A stretch of DNA of 64,000 nucleotides, from the NCBI GenBank assembly GCA_019058245.1, contig JAHPZJ010000026.1:21291-85290 (forward strand), read 5' to 3'. Position numbers and translations under genes: made by a program. Origin of the DNA: Promethearchaeota archaeon. GTDB taxonomy: Archaea; Asgardarchaeota; Lokiarchaeia; Sigyniarchaeales; SOKP01. Below are positions 49,603 through 59,890 of the stretch, piece after piece (the stretch's first letter is position 1; every line of letters starts with the position of its first letter). The notes under the pieces are model-generated. The model searched no databases. It was not told where the DNA came from and worked only from the letters and a program-made list of their open reading frames with translations.

Positions 49603-50001
49603 TTATTCCTTCTTAAAAATCTCAACTTCTCCGTATTTTATCACTTTCATGTTAATTAAGGTCATATCATGCGTAATTTCGTCTCCGCGAACAGTTCTTC
49701 TTCTTTTCTCTCCTTTTCTTTGAGGTTTATAACCAATACTTCTTTTTGATACTAAGATTTTCTTTTTTACTGGTCCATGAACACCTTTTCTCATCGGAAA
49801 ACCACTAGTATCACTCCCACCAGTGATTTGAAATTCATAATTTGCGAATCCTATTAGTCCCCCCTTAATAATATCTCCGATTTTCATCCCTTCAAATCTA
49901 AACTTCTTCTGATCAATCTCAATTACCTTAGACAATCCTTTTCCGGGACCCTCGTTCCCACCACTTATATTAAATTTGTATACAATTTTTTCAGAGGACA
50001 C
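49603..50001 (-). CDS. rps6e: 30S ribosomal protein S6e
   Basis: ITGGSDTSGFPM, GEKRRRTVRG. Confidence 0.95.
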   Translation of the reverse strand: MSSEKIVYKFNISGGNEGPGKGLSKVIEIDQKKFRFEGMKIGDIIKGGLIGFANYEFQITGGSDTSGFPMRKGVHGPVKKKILVSKRSIGYKPQRKGEKRRRTVRGDEITHDMTLINMKVIKYGEVEIFKKE

Positions 50002-50177
50002 GATGCATCAAAATATCGAACTTAAAAAAACAAGATTAACTTCTAAAATGCATATTTTCATAAAAATTTTATGGAAAAGTTATATTTTGAATTAGTTCCT
50101 AAATAAATAAAGATAAAGAAATTTATTTTAGTGAATTACCTATTTAATTTATATAAGAAATTATTAGATTTTCCTAT

Positions 50178-50972
50178 ATGCAAATATTTGAAGTAGTGGA
50201 ATTATCAGAATTCCCTTATATGGAAACAATGGAATTTAATCAAGGGCAGGTAGTTAGTGATATTTTAAATGAGATTAATAATGAAAAAGTATTTTTGCTT
50301 GTAGATCATGATACTAAACGGATTTGGACGTTTAATGGTTCAAAGAGTCCCTTTAAAATACAAATTTATGGAGGAATTTTAGCTGGTAAGCTACGTCAAC
50401 AATTGAAATTATTTTATAGAATATATTCCTTGAATAGGTATTCCAAAGAAGATAAGGAATTTCAGGAAATATTAGAAAAATCTATTGGTGGTGGTAGAGC
50501 TAAACCAATCGAAAAAAAAGATTTCCCAGAACCAACCCCAGATAAATATGTTGCTGATATTTCTCTATCAACCCCAAAAATAAATAATGCCTTAGAATAT
50601 ATTAACCAGTTTCCCCAACCAGAAAATCTCATACGAAGATTTATGATAATAAGCGGAACAATCTTTTCAGATGAAAAAATTACAGAATCTTTTGTTAAGG
50701 AAGAAAAAACCACAATCAATCCCAAACAATTAGGGCGATTAAACACAGGTTTTACATTCTTTCAAGATCATAACTATTCGACTCGATTAATTATAAAAGA
50801 ACGAATTATCCAAGGAATCGAATTATATGTTGATAAAGATGATAAATCTCCTTCTATAAAAATTGAAATACCTTTAATATTTGAGGAAAAATTCAATAAT
50901 CCCGGTTCTATAGAATCATTAATTAATGCCTTTCAAATCCCAAAAAAATTGCCTGAAGAAAGCGAAAAATAA
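50178..50972 (+). CDS. Protein with divergent N-terminal gelsolin-like domain and unknown C-terminal domain
   Basis: EKVFLLVDHDTKRIWTFNGSKS...AGKLRQQ...EDKEFQEIL resembles the gelsolin core. Confidence 0.55.
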   Translation: MQIFEVVELSEFPYMETMEFNQGQVVSDILNEINNEKVFLLVDHDTKRIWTFNGSKSPFKIQIYGGILAGKLRQQLKLFYRIYSLNRYSKEDKEFQEILEKSIGGGRAKPIEKKDFPEPTPDKYVADISLSTPKINNALEYINQFPQPENLIRRFMIISGTIFSDEKITESFVKEEKTTINPKQLGRLNTGFTFFQDHNYSTRLIIKERIIQGIELYVDKDDKSPSIKIEIPLIFEEKFNNPGSIESLINAFQIPKKLPEESEK

Positions 50973-50979
50973 AAAATGA

Positions 50980-52350
50980 ATGAGATCGAAACAGATAATT
51001 AAGATGCTTCTCTTAATTAATCCTAGAACTTCTAAACCATCAGAAATTCGTTCAAGGTTTTTTAGAGAACCTAACTTAGGATTATTATATTTAGCAGCAA
51101 TCTTAGATTTAAATGATATTCCTGTTGAAATCTTAGATCTTGAACAATTTATAGATTTGAACGAGTACGAGTTAGAAAATTTAATTTATGAAAGAATAAA
51201 TGATTTCAAGATTTTTGGTATAACATGTCTTACAAATACATTTCATTTAGCTTTAAATATTGCGAGAATAATAAAAAATTACAATAGAAATAATTATATC
51301 ATTTTAGGTGGACCTCACGTTTCATTTATGTACGAGGACATTCTAATAAATGATAAAAAAACTGAAGATTTAATTGATTTTATTTGTATTGGAGAAGCAG
51401 AGACTTCATTTTTAAAGTTGGTAAAATTCTTAAGATCTCAAATTTTAAATGAAGAAAGTATAAAAAAAAATGACAACCAATTACAAACTATTAACGGACT
51501 TGCTTATATAAATTCCAATGGTAAATTATCTATAAGGCAAGCTATGGATGAAATTAACCTAGATTCTTTACCTTTACCTGCCCGTTATAAATTATCTCAA
51601 GAAAATTATTATTATAATGTGGCAAATATTATTGTTAATCGAGGATGTCCTAATCAATGCTCATTCTGCTCAAGACAAAATTTATTTAAAAAGATTAGGA
51701 TTAGAAGTATCAAATCAATTTTAGAGGAAATAAGAGATATCCAAGCTCTACGGACTTATTCTCATATCAATTTTTATGATAATATAAATATTGATAAAGC
51801 ATTTTTTATAAGTTTTTGTAAAATGTTTATTGAAAATGAGATTAAAATACCTTGGGGATGTGAACTACGCGTAGATACAATTGGATATGATGAGGCACGT
51901 CTACTAAAGAAAGCAGGATGCCAATTAATAGCAACTGGGATTGAATCCGCAAATGAAAAAGTACTCAAAACTAATTTTAAATATCAGGATCCAGAAAATG
52001 TTAGATTTGGAATTATAAATCTAAAAAAACAAAATATTCCCATTCAAGCTTATTTTATAATAGGATTACCTGGAGAAACTGAACAAAGTGTTTCTCAAAC
52101 AATTGAATTCATAAAATCACTCCCTTTTGATAAAAATGATGACTTAAACTATTTTGTGGCAACACCTTATCCTGGCTCTCGTTTATGGGATGAGCAAGAC
52201 TATTTTAATATTAAAATATTTGAGAAAGATTTTACTAAATATGATTGTAATCATATAATCTTCACAACTAAAGAGTTGAATAAAAGAAAATTAGAAGAAT
52301 TGTATTCAAAAACAAAACAAATTGAAACGATATATCATCGTACTACCTAA
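50980..52350 (+). CDS. B12-binding domain radical SAM protein
   Basis: PNLGLLYLAA, GGPH, GEAE, RGCPNQCSFC, GIES, IIGLPGET, PYPGS. Confidence 0.92.
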   Translation: MRSKQIIKMLLLINPRTSKPSEIRSRFFREPNLGLLYLAAILDLNDIPVEILDLEQFIDLNEYELENLIYERINDFKIFGITCLTNTFHLALNIARIIKNYNRNNYIILGGPHVSFMYEDILINDKKTEDLIDFICIGEAETSFLKLVKFLRSQILNEESIKKNDNQLQTINGLAYINSNGKLSIRQAMDEINLDSLPLPARYKLSQENYYYNVANIIVNRGCPNQCSFCSRQNLFKKIRIRSIKSILEEIRDIQALRTYSHINFYDNINIDKAFFISFCKMFIENEIKIPWGCELRVDTIGYDEARLLKKAGCQLIATGIESANEKVLKTNFKYQDPENVRFGIINLKKQNIPIQAYFIIGLPGETEQSVSQTIEFIKSLPFDKNDDLNYFVATPYPGSRLWDEQDYFNIKIFEKDFTKYDCNHIIFTTKELNKRKLEELYSKTKQIETIYHRTT

Positions 52351-52358
52351 ATAAAATA

Positions 52359-52709
52359 ATGAATAAAAGATGGTGTTTACCAATTCCTAGTGATTTCACA
52401 GAAAAAATTATTCGAATAATTAAAAATATACCAAACGGAAAAGTTCTTACTTATGGATTTATTGCTAAATTAGCAGGGAATCCGAGAGCTGCTAGACAAG
52501 TATCATGGATTTTGCACTCCTCAAGTAAAAAATATAATCTTCCATGGCATAGAGTAATCAACTCAAAAGGAAATATAGCTTTAAACTCTATTGAGGATCG
52601 TGAATATCAAAAAAGTCTATTAGAACAGGAAGGGATTGTGATAACAGAAGGATTTAGAGTCGATCTTAAAAAATATCTATGGAAAATCGAATCTATTAAA
52701 AAAATATAA
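52359..52709 (+). CDS. Alkyltransferase-like (Atl) MGMT-family protein
   Basis: IPNGKVLTYG...AARQV...PWHRV (Trp in place of the catalytic Cys). Confidence 0.9.
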   Translation: MNKRWCLPIPSDFTEKIIRIIKNIPNGKVLTYGFIAKLAGNPRAARQVSWILHSSSKKYNLPWHRVINSKGNIALNSIEDREYQKSLLEQEGIVITEGFRVDLKKYLWKIESIKKI

Positions 52710-52790
52710 GTTAAATTTTATTTTAAATAATTTTTTAGTTGAAGATGATTCGTTAATAGTCTTATAATCTTGCTATTTTTATCTGTCCTT

Positions 52791-53924
52791 TCAAAAAAGC
52801 TTAAATCGAGCAGCTGTTGATTTTGTAATTTCTAAAATATTATTTATGTCTTTTTGAGAAAAATTTGGAGTATAATAACTAGGTTCATGCAAATTCCTAA
52901 TATAGTACTTTTTAACTGAGTTGAATTTTTCTGTTTTTAGTTCAAGGTGTTCGAGAATTTCATCTATTACTGTTCCTGGAGTTGTACATAAATCATGGTA
53001 TCTAACAATAAGAGATGCTTTTTTTAGATTCTTATTTGCATCAAGTTGATTAGCGAGAAAATTATATATAGATCTCCAATAATACGCCCATCCTTTTACA
53101 TAATCCTCTTTAATACGCCATAGTCTACGAATTTTATGGATAATTTCTTTATTTCCCACATTTATACATAATTGATGATGACCAAATTCATTATGTCCTG
53201 AAATTCTAAGCCAATCTGTTAAAAGGGGATGTTGTTTTTCCATCCTTAAAATTAGGTTTGTTTGCTTAATCAGTGAAGCAATATGCCTTATTGGATCACG
53301 AATTATAATTAAAAATTTTGAATCTGGAAAAAGACGAAGTAAATATTCTAATCTTGTTACATGGTAATTATTTTTAGTTAGATAACGAGAACCTTTTTGA
53401 TTAAAAATGAGTTTTCGAATGTGAGTTCTATAAAATCTCTCAAATTTAGGATTGGAAAAATCTAAATTTAAAACTTTTGAAATATTTTCGTTATGATTGT
53501 TATCTAAGAATTTTCGCCAAAGTATCTCTTCTATAGCTTCAGGGCTTTCACGTGAAACGATAATTCCATCCTTATGAAACCGTTCAAAAGGTTTAGTATA
53601 AATGTTAATTTTATCAGCAATCAAACTAAACCAATATGGGAGATATGGCATAAGAATATGCTTATATCGGTGCGTTGAGACATCTGAATGTTTGCTTAAC
53701 ATTTCTAAAATTATTGTTGTTCCTGCACGAGCAAGACCAGTAATATAAATTGGTTTCTCGATTTTTATTTTATCTATTTCATTATATAGTGCAAATGTTT
53801 CTAACTTATCGAGGAAAAAAGAAAATGATTTAAATCTATCAAAAAATTTATTTACACCATAAGCAGCATATCCTAATACAGGAAGTTTAAATGAATTGTT
53901 TTCTTTTGATTTTATTCTTATCAT
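52791..53924 (-). CDS. Sulfotransferase family protein
   Basis: PIYITGLARAGTT, KNN, IRDP...S PAPS-binding motifs. Confidence 0.88.
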   Translation of the reverse strand: MIRIKSKENNSFKLPVLGYAAYGVNKFFDRFKSFSFFLDKLETFALYNEIDKIKIEKPIYITGLARAGTTIILEMLSKHSDVSTHRYKHILMPYLPYWFSLIADKINIYTKPFERFHKDGIIVSRESPEAIEEILWRKFLDNNHNENISKVLNLDFSNPKFERFYRTHIRKLIFNQKGSRYLTKNNYHVTRLEYLLRLFPDSKFLIIIRDPIRHIASLIKQTNLILRMEKQHPLLTDWLRISGHNEFGHHQLCINVGNKEIIHKIRRLWRIKEDYVKGWAYYWRSIYNFLANQLDANKNLKKASLIVRYHDLCTTPGTVIDEILEHLELKTEKFNSVKKYYIRNLHEPSYYTPNFSQKDINNILEITKSTAARFKLF

Positions 53925-54123
53925 TAGATTATATTTAGCGTTGTTCCAGAATTTTAAATTTTCATTTATTTTTACTATGAAAATTTAAATTTTACTTAGA
54001 TAATGAGTATTTTAAAGTTATAATTATTTTAGTTTTCAAATATTATATAAACATCATAAAATTTGATATTATATTTAATTGATAAACATTATATTTTATA
54101 TTGAAATTGTTAAGTGAATTAAA

Positions 54124-54972
54124 ATGAATGAAAATAACTCTAATTCTTGGATTAAAAAATTAATTATTCTGGGAGTATTCATCTATGTTATTATATTAAC
54201 AGCAGGATTAGATTGGGCAGCAGAGCATTCAGAAGTCGGAATTACTATGCGATTTGTATGGTTAATTGGTTTAATAAGTCTAGGATTAATATTACCTATT
54301 GGATTTATGTATCTTGCAGGTAATAATGAAACTGAAAGAAGAAAATCTGATAAGAAATGGTTCATAATAGCTATTATTTTATTCTTGGTTGCGAATGGAA
54401 TACCAATCGTGTTTTACCTGATACTCGGAATTTCACCAGGATTTTTCTTATATGTGCAATTAATATTGTTTGGATTAATTCCCGCTTTTTTTATTCAACC
54501 AAAAGATTCCAAATATAGAATTCTGATCCTACTCATTCTTTTTGCCACTATAATAATTCCTATAGGAATTCTTGTAAACTTCACTATTAATGATTTATGG
54601 TATGCTGGAGTAACTGATAAAACTATGTATTATCTATCTTTCTGGGGGCTTTTAATGACATTTTTTTATCTTATTATTGCTATAGGTTTCAAAATGGGTG
54701 GATCAAGTAGAAGGGATGGCTGGAATGTCTTTGTCGCAGGAACACTTTTACAATATAGCACTCTTGAAGATTTCTTTTATTTCTTTTTAAATGGACAACC
54801 TTTACCTGGAACTTGGCCTTGGATGAGCAATTTTGTTATTAATTTAGAGGCTTTATTTGGTCATATTCCTACAGATTTAGATCTATTAATTTTCTGCTTA
54901 ATAATATCAATTATCGCCGTTTTTATTTTATTTGATGGACATGGGTATATCTGGAATAAAATTAGGTCATAA
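54124..54972 (+). CDS. Hypothetical multi-pass membrane protein
   Basis: 282 aa with several TM helices and LEDFFYF...PGTWPW. Confidence 0.7.
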   Translation: MNENNSNSWIKKLIILGVFIYVIILTAGLDWAAEHSEVGITMRFVWLIGLISLGLILPIGFMYLAGNNETERRKSDKKWFIIAIILFLVANGIPIVFYLILGISPGFFLYVQLILFGLIPAFFIQPKDSKYRILILLILFATIIIPIGILVNFTINDLWYAGVTDKTMYYLSFWGLLMTFFYLIIAIGFKMGGSSRRDGWNVFVAGTLLQYSTLEDFFYFFLNGQPLPGTWPWMSNFVINLEALFGHIPTDLDLLIFCLIISIIAVFILFDGHGYIWNKIRS

Positions 54973-55290
54973 TTGCATATATCTCTTATATCTTTTTTTT
55001 CTATTATTATTTAATGGACAAATCTATTTTCTCATATGAAATAAGGTTATTAGATTTAAAATCATAAAAAATCAATTTTTCAAATCAACTTTTATTATAA
55101 GAACTTGGATTTGGAGCATTTTTTTAATTTACTTAATGTTTATTAATTGAGATATTCAATTAATAAATAATTATATTAATAGAAGAATAACTCTAGATAA
55201 TTGGAGATAATATTATCTCAAAAATACACTATTATAAATAAAAAATATCTACAAATTACTCAATTAATTAAGAAGTAGAAGATTCAAATT

Positions 55291-56592
55291 ATGCCAAAAA
55301 GTGAGTATTATATCGGAGAAGCCTTAGTTGGAGATCCAAGTGACCCAAATTTGGCACATATAGATTTAATAATTGGGTCTAAAGATGGACCTGTTGGGGT
55401 TTCATTCGCAAATGCACTTAGCACGCCTTCTAAGGGTCATGGTGGGTTGTTAGCAGGAATTCGACCAAATCTACTTGCTAAACCAGTTTCGCTTATTGTG
55501 CCTAAGGTCACTCTCGCTAAAATGGAGGATGCAAGTAAAATATTTGGTCCTGCACAAGCGGCAGTTGCTAAAGGTATTGCGGACGCAGTGGAAGAAGGAA
55601 TTATACCAATGAATAAATTAGAGGATTGGCTGATAATTGCTAGTGTATATATACATCCTGAAGCCAAGGATTATAGAAAAATCTATCAGTATAATTATGG
55701 TGCTACAAAATTAGCAATTCAGAGAGCTTTAAGGAAATATCCCCCTATTGAAAAAATATTTTATGACAAAGATCGAGCAAAGCATCCAGTAGCAGGGATT
55801 AGAGTACCAAGGCTCTGGCGTCCGCCCTATGTACAGGTAGCATTAGATCATCCTGCTCTAGAAAAGCAAATTAAGGTAGTTAAAGAATTACCGAAGAGTG
55901 ACCGAATTATATTAGAAGTAGGTACTCCATTTCTTAAGAAGTATGGTGTTGAATCAATCAAGCAAATTCGAGAAGTCGCAAAAGATAAATTTATTGTGGC
56001 TGATTTAAAGACGTTAGATGTTGGCAAATTGGAGGTTGATTTTGCATTTGACGCAACTGCTGATGCCGTGGTAGCAAGCGGTCTAGCTGCAACAGCATCT
56101 CTGGATAAATTTATACTAGAAGCACAGAGATTAGGGATTCATGCTTTCGTCGATACAATGGAAGTTTCAAATCCTATTGAGAAATTAAGCTCTTTAAAAC
56201 AAACACCAGACGTGGTTATAATTCATAGAGCTATTGATGTTGAACAATCTGCAGCCGGAGGTCAGTCACCTGATGCCTCTCAAAAAGCCAGGTGGGCATT
56301 AGTTCCAAAAATCAAAGAATTATATACTAATCAAAAGAAAGCTTCAGGAAGAGATAGAGTGTTAGTTGCAGTTGCAGGAGGTATCGAACCAAGTACAGCA
56401 GCATATGCTATACAACAGGGAGCAGATATCTTAATAGTAGGAAGATTTATAGCTAGTGCGAAAGATGTTGAATTTGCTATGAGAAGAATGCTCGGAGTTC
56501 TTCCTGGATATCAAGATATCGATCTTAAAAGAATTCACTCTGAAGATGATGATAATACTGTTGAAAAGTCAGGAGGTCCTAAATGGGACTAA
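55291..56592 (+). CDS. fae-hps: Bifunctional formaldehyde-activating enzyme / 3-hexulose-6-phosphate synthase
   Basis: IGEALVG, AHIDL, FGPAQAAVAK, YNYGATKLAI; then QVALD, EVGTP, ADLKTLD, VAGG, VGR. Confidence 0.95.
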   Translation: MPKSEYYIGEALVGDPSDPNLAHIDLIIGSKDGPVGVSFANALSTPSKGHGGLLAGIRPNLLAKPVSLIVPKVTLAKMEDASKIFGPAQAAVAKGIADAVEEGIIPMNKLEDWLIIASVYIHPEAKDYRKIYQYNYGATKLAIQRALRKYPPIEKIFYDKDRAKHPVAGIRVPRLWRPPYVQVALDHPALEKQIKVVKELPKSDRIILEVGTPFLKKYGVESIKQIREVAKDKFIVADLKTLDVGKLEVDFAFDATADAVVASGLAATASLDKFILEAQRLGIHAFVDTMEVSNPIEKLSSLKQTPDVVIIHRAIDVEQSAAGGQSPDASQKARWALVPKIKELYTNQKKASGRDRVLVAVAGGIEPSTAAYAIQQGADILIVGRFIASAKDVEFAMRRMLGVLPGYQDIDLKRIHSEDDDNTVEKSGGPKWD

Positions 56593-56633
56593 TCTAATTT
56601 TTTTAGATCTCGTTTTTATCTATATTTTTTAAT

Positions 56634-57878
56634 TTATTCTAATCTGAATATTTTGTCATTCTTTTTAACAGGATTATCAACTATTATTCCAACGGCAATT
56701 CTATCTTTTTTAGAGGAAACAAATGGTGTTTCGGTTAAATTTTTCTTTTGCTTAATCTGAATGGAGCTAATATTTTGTCTTAAATATGAATCTGTATGTG
56801 TTCCAATAATGAAAATTTCATCATTTAATTTTAGTTTCCCTGATGTTAGAAGAATTTTCGCAGCATTTTTTTCTGGAAAATAATTTATAACCTTTCCAAT
56901 CTCAACTTTTTTATAATTTGAGATATTTCCATCAAATTTCCTTTCTATTTCACTGCCTTTTGGCAATCCAAAGTAAAATCCAGTAGAAAATCCGCGATTA
57001 TATACTTTAATCAAGCGTTTTAACCAATTTTTGACTTTTTCTTCTGTGAAATCATTGTCATAATATGCTTCAATGGCTTCTTTATAACATTTAGTCGTTT
57101 CTTCAATATAGATTGGATCCCTCATTCGACCTTCGATTTTAAAAGCATCTATTTTTGCATCAATTAATTTTGGGATATGTTCAATCATACAAAGATCTTT
57201 TGCGTTAATAAAGAATACTCCATCATACAGCAACTCATTATTTTGATCATCATAAACACGCCATTTTCTTCTACATGGTTGAACACATTTCCCTCGATTT
57301 GCGGAATAATCTTGGGATTCGCAAATTTCAGCAGAAAAATAACATCGCCCTGAAATTGAAGTACACTGAGCCCCATGGATAAAGGTTTCAATTTCAGCTT
57401 TCCTTACAACATTTTTAATTTCTTTAATTTGTTCTAGTGATAATTCTCTCGCTAGAATTAATCTTTGAGCTCCAAGTGATTCATAAAATAGTGCTGTTTG
57501 AGAATTAGAAATGCTTGCCTGAGTAGAAATATGGACATCTAAACCCTTTTCTTTTGCAATTTGAATAGCACCTATATCATGGATAATTACAGCATCAATT
57601 TCCGACTCTACGGCTTTATCTAATATTTGTTCTAAAAGCGGAATCTCATTTTCATAAATTATTATATTAGTTGTCAGATATGCGTTAATATTATGATTAT
57701 GACATGTTTTCACGATATCATTTAGATCTTCTAGTTTAAAATTATCGCTAAACATTCTCATGTTAAACGATTCAATACCAAAATATACAGCATCAGCTTT
57801 TCCTAATACAGCATTTAAAGACTTATAGTTTTTTAATGGAGCCATTAATTCTACTCTTTTTTCAAAGTTATTTGTCAT
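56634..57878 (-). CDS. Peptidase U32 family protein (RNA hydroxylation type)
   Basis: ELMAP, HISTQ, LARELS, HGAQCTSISGRC, NRGKCVQPCR, KIEGR. Confidence 0.92.
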   Translation of the reverse strand: MTNNFEKRVELMAPLKNYKSLNAVLGKADAVYFGIESFNMRMFSDNFKLEDLNDIVKTCHNHNINAYLTTNIIIYENEIPLLEQILDKAVESEIDAVIIHDIGAIQIAKEKGLDVHISTQASISNSQTALFYESLGAQRLILARELSLEQIKEIKNVVRKAEIETFIHGAQCTSISGRCYFSAEICESQDYSANRGKCVQPCRRKWRVYDDQNNELLYDGVFFINAKDLCMIEHIPKLIDAKIDAFKIEGRMRDPIYIEETTKCYKEAIEAYYDNDFTEEKVKNWLKRLIKVYNRGFSTGFYFGLPKGSEIERKFDGNISNYKKVEIGKVINYFPEKNAAKILLTSGKLKLNDEIFIIGTHTDSYLRQNISSIQIKQKKNLTETPFVSSKKDRIAVGIIVDNPVKKNDKIFRLE

Positions 57879-58117
57879 TCTAAATTCCTCATTTAAGGAT
57901 ATAATTCTATAATTAATTAAATTTAGACTGGTTTATATATTTCGTAATGATAACCTTGGAACTTTTATACCAAAAATAGTCCTTAAGACTTGATTCAGTT
58001 ATTTTTCAAAGAAATTTTATTTTGGTATTAAAATTATCAATCTATAAAGCCTTCTAATTTGGCTTAGAAAACCATTATCATAAGGTGAAAAAGCTTTTTT
58101 TAAAAATTTGGTTTTCA

Positions 58118-59323
58118 TTATCTGTTTCTTCCGAGTTTTTCATGACTATCAACCCACTCTTTAGCATAATGAGCTCCCATTAGAGAAATCTCACCTGCTA
58201 GGGCTGTAGCAGCAATGATTTCTGCAAGTTTTTTGACTTTTCCAGATCCATAACAATCCATAACCTCAAGACACTCTTTTTGTGTAGCAAGACCAGTACC
58301 TCCTCCAAAAGTAGCTACTATCAAGGATGGAATCGTAATTGAACAGTATAAATCACCTTCATTTATCCTCTCTGAAAACAGTACTCCTGCTGAGGATTCA
58401 GCAACATTAGCAACATCTTGACCTGTAGCGATAAACATAGCAGTAATACCATTTGCAGAATGATACGTGTTACTGACTGAACCAGCCATAAAACTTGCAA
58501 TAGTAGTTATTTGTAATCCACGTTGAAGCACCTGAGAACTTGATCTTAACTGGGTCTTAAGTATAAATTTAGGAATAACTGCCTCAGCAGTTACACGTTT
58601 ACCTCGTGTCCTAAGCATATTGATTTTTGAAGCCTTTTTATCCGTAGCAAGGTTAGATTCAAGAAGATAATGATTGATCTCATGGGGATAATTTGATCTT
58701 ATCCATTCACAAGCAAAAAAAGTGGCTTTTGTTGTCATGTTTTGACCCGCCGCATCCCCAGTATGGTAATTGAAACGGAGAAATAAAAATTTATTTAATG
58801 GATATTGTTCAATATCCCTGAGTTTTCCGATTCGGGTCGTTTTTTCCGCTATATTTTTGATTTCATGAAAATTTTCTTTGATCCATCTTCCAAAATTTTT
58901 AGCCTCACGAGCATTTTTAAAGATAAAAACAGGTGCCCTTTGCATGACATCATCACTAATCGTGGTTGTTGCTCCACCACATTCATATAAAATTTTCATT
59001 CCTCTATTATAACTTGCAACAAGGCTCCCCTCTGTTGTTGCCAAGGGAACATAAAATTCTCCCTGAGCATATTTTCCATTCACTAATAATGGTCCTGCAA
59101 TCCCAATTGGTACTTGAGCCGCACCGATAAAATTTTCAATGTTACCCTTTAATTTTTCAGTTTCAATGGTGTAATGATTTATATTCTTTATTTGCATTCC
59201 AGTTTTTTCAATAACAAAATCTTGTCTTTTTTTAATCATCTCGGGAGAATTGTTTCCAGATTTAGCGCGAGGTATAGTATTATTCATTTTATTTCGCTCT
59301 AATTCATTTACCTGATTATACAT
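58118..59323 (-). CDS. hmgA: Class I HMG-CoA reductase
   Basis: IENFIG, PLATTEGSLVAS, TGDAAGQNM, ATGQDVA, GGGTG, AGEISL, H...GR. Confidence 0.93.
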   Translation of the reverse strand: MYNQVNELERNKMNNTIPRAKSGNNSPEMIKKRQDFVIEKTGMQIKNINHYTIETEKLKGNIENFIGAAQVPIGIAGPLLVNGKYAQGEFYVPLATTEGSLVASYNRGMKILYECGGATTTISDDVMQRAPVFIFKNAREAKNFGRWIKENFHEIKNIAEKTTRIGKLRDIEQYPLNKFLFLRFNYHTGDAAGQNMTTKATFFACEWIRSNYPHEINHYLLESNLATDKKASKINMLRTRGKRVTAEAVIPKFILKTQLRSSSQVLQRGLQITTIASFMAGSVSNTYHSANGITAMFIATGQDVANVAESSAGVLFSERINEGDLYCSITIPSLIVATFGGGTGLATQKECLEVMDCYGSGKVKKLAEIIAATALAGEISLMGAHYAKEWVDSHEKLGRNR

Positions 59324-59890
59324 TCTCTAAATCACCAATAACTATGAATTTTCACCAATTAATCATTTAATTAGATCATCTTTTATTTAAATAATCAACA
59401 GAAAATATTAATATATTTAAATGTTATACAACAAAAAATATGATTAGTAATATGATTTATTTAAAATTAATAAATTATATATGGAATCCCACTATTTTAA
59501 CAGAAAATATTTGTTTGTGAGTAAAGAAAATTTATTTAAAATTAATTATTAAAAAAATTATATATTTTTATTAAAAAAAGAATACAGCTCTTTTTAGATT
59601 ATTCTAAAGGATTAGAAGAGATTGAACGACGGTTCATTCATTAATTTTTTACAGATCTTAACTTTTCTGATTCTATAACTAATTTAAATAGGCTTTATAT
59701 TTTTATTAGGATGATTTAAAATTACAATTGTATTATATAGAATGCTCTCTTTTCATAGTCGGTTTTACTTTTATTATTAATGATAATTATGAGGCCATTA
59801 GATCACTCTATAAAGAAAAAACTAAGAAAAATATAATATTTATTTCTTTTCAACTTTTCATTGAGTTTTGGTTGATCTTTTCTGCCAAGA

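Noticed and set aside
58017-58118. 33-codon ORF coupled to the hmgA stop (TAATG): MKTKFLKKAFSPYDNG...
   Set aside because: Short, with no recognisable motif; easily chance in AT-rich DNA.
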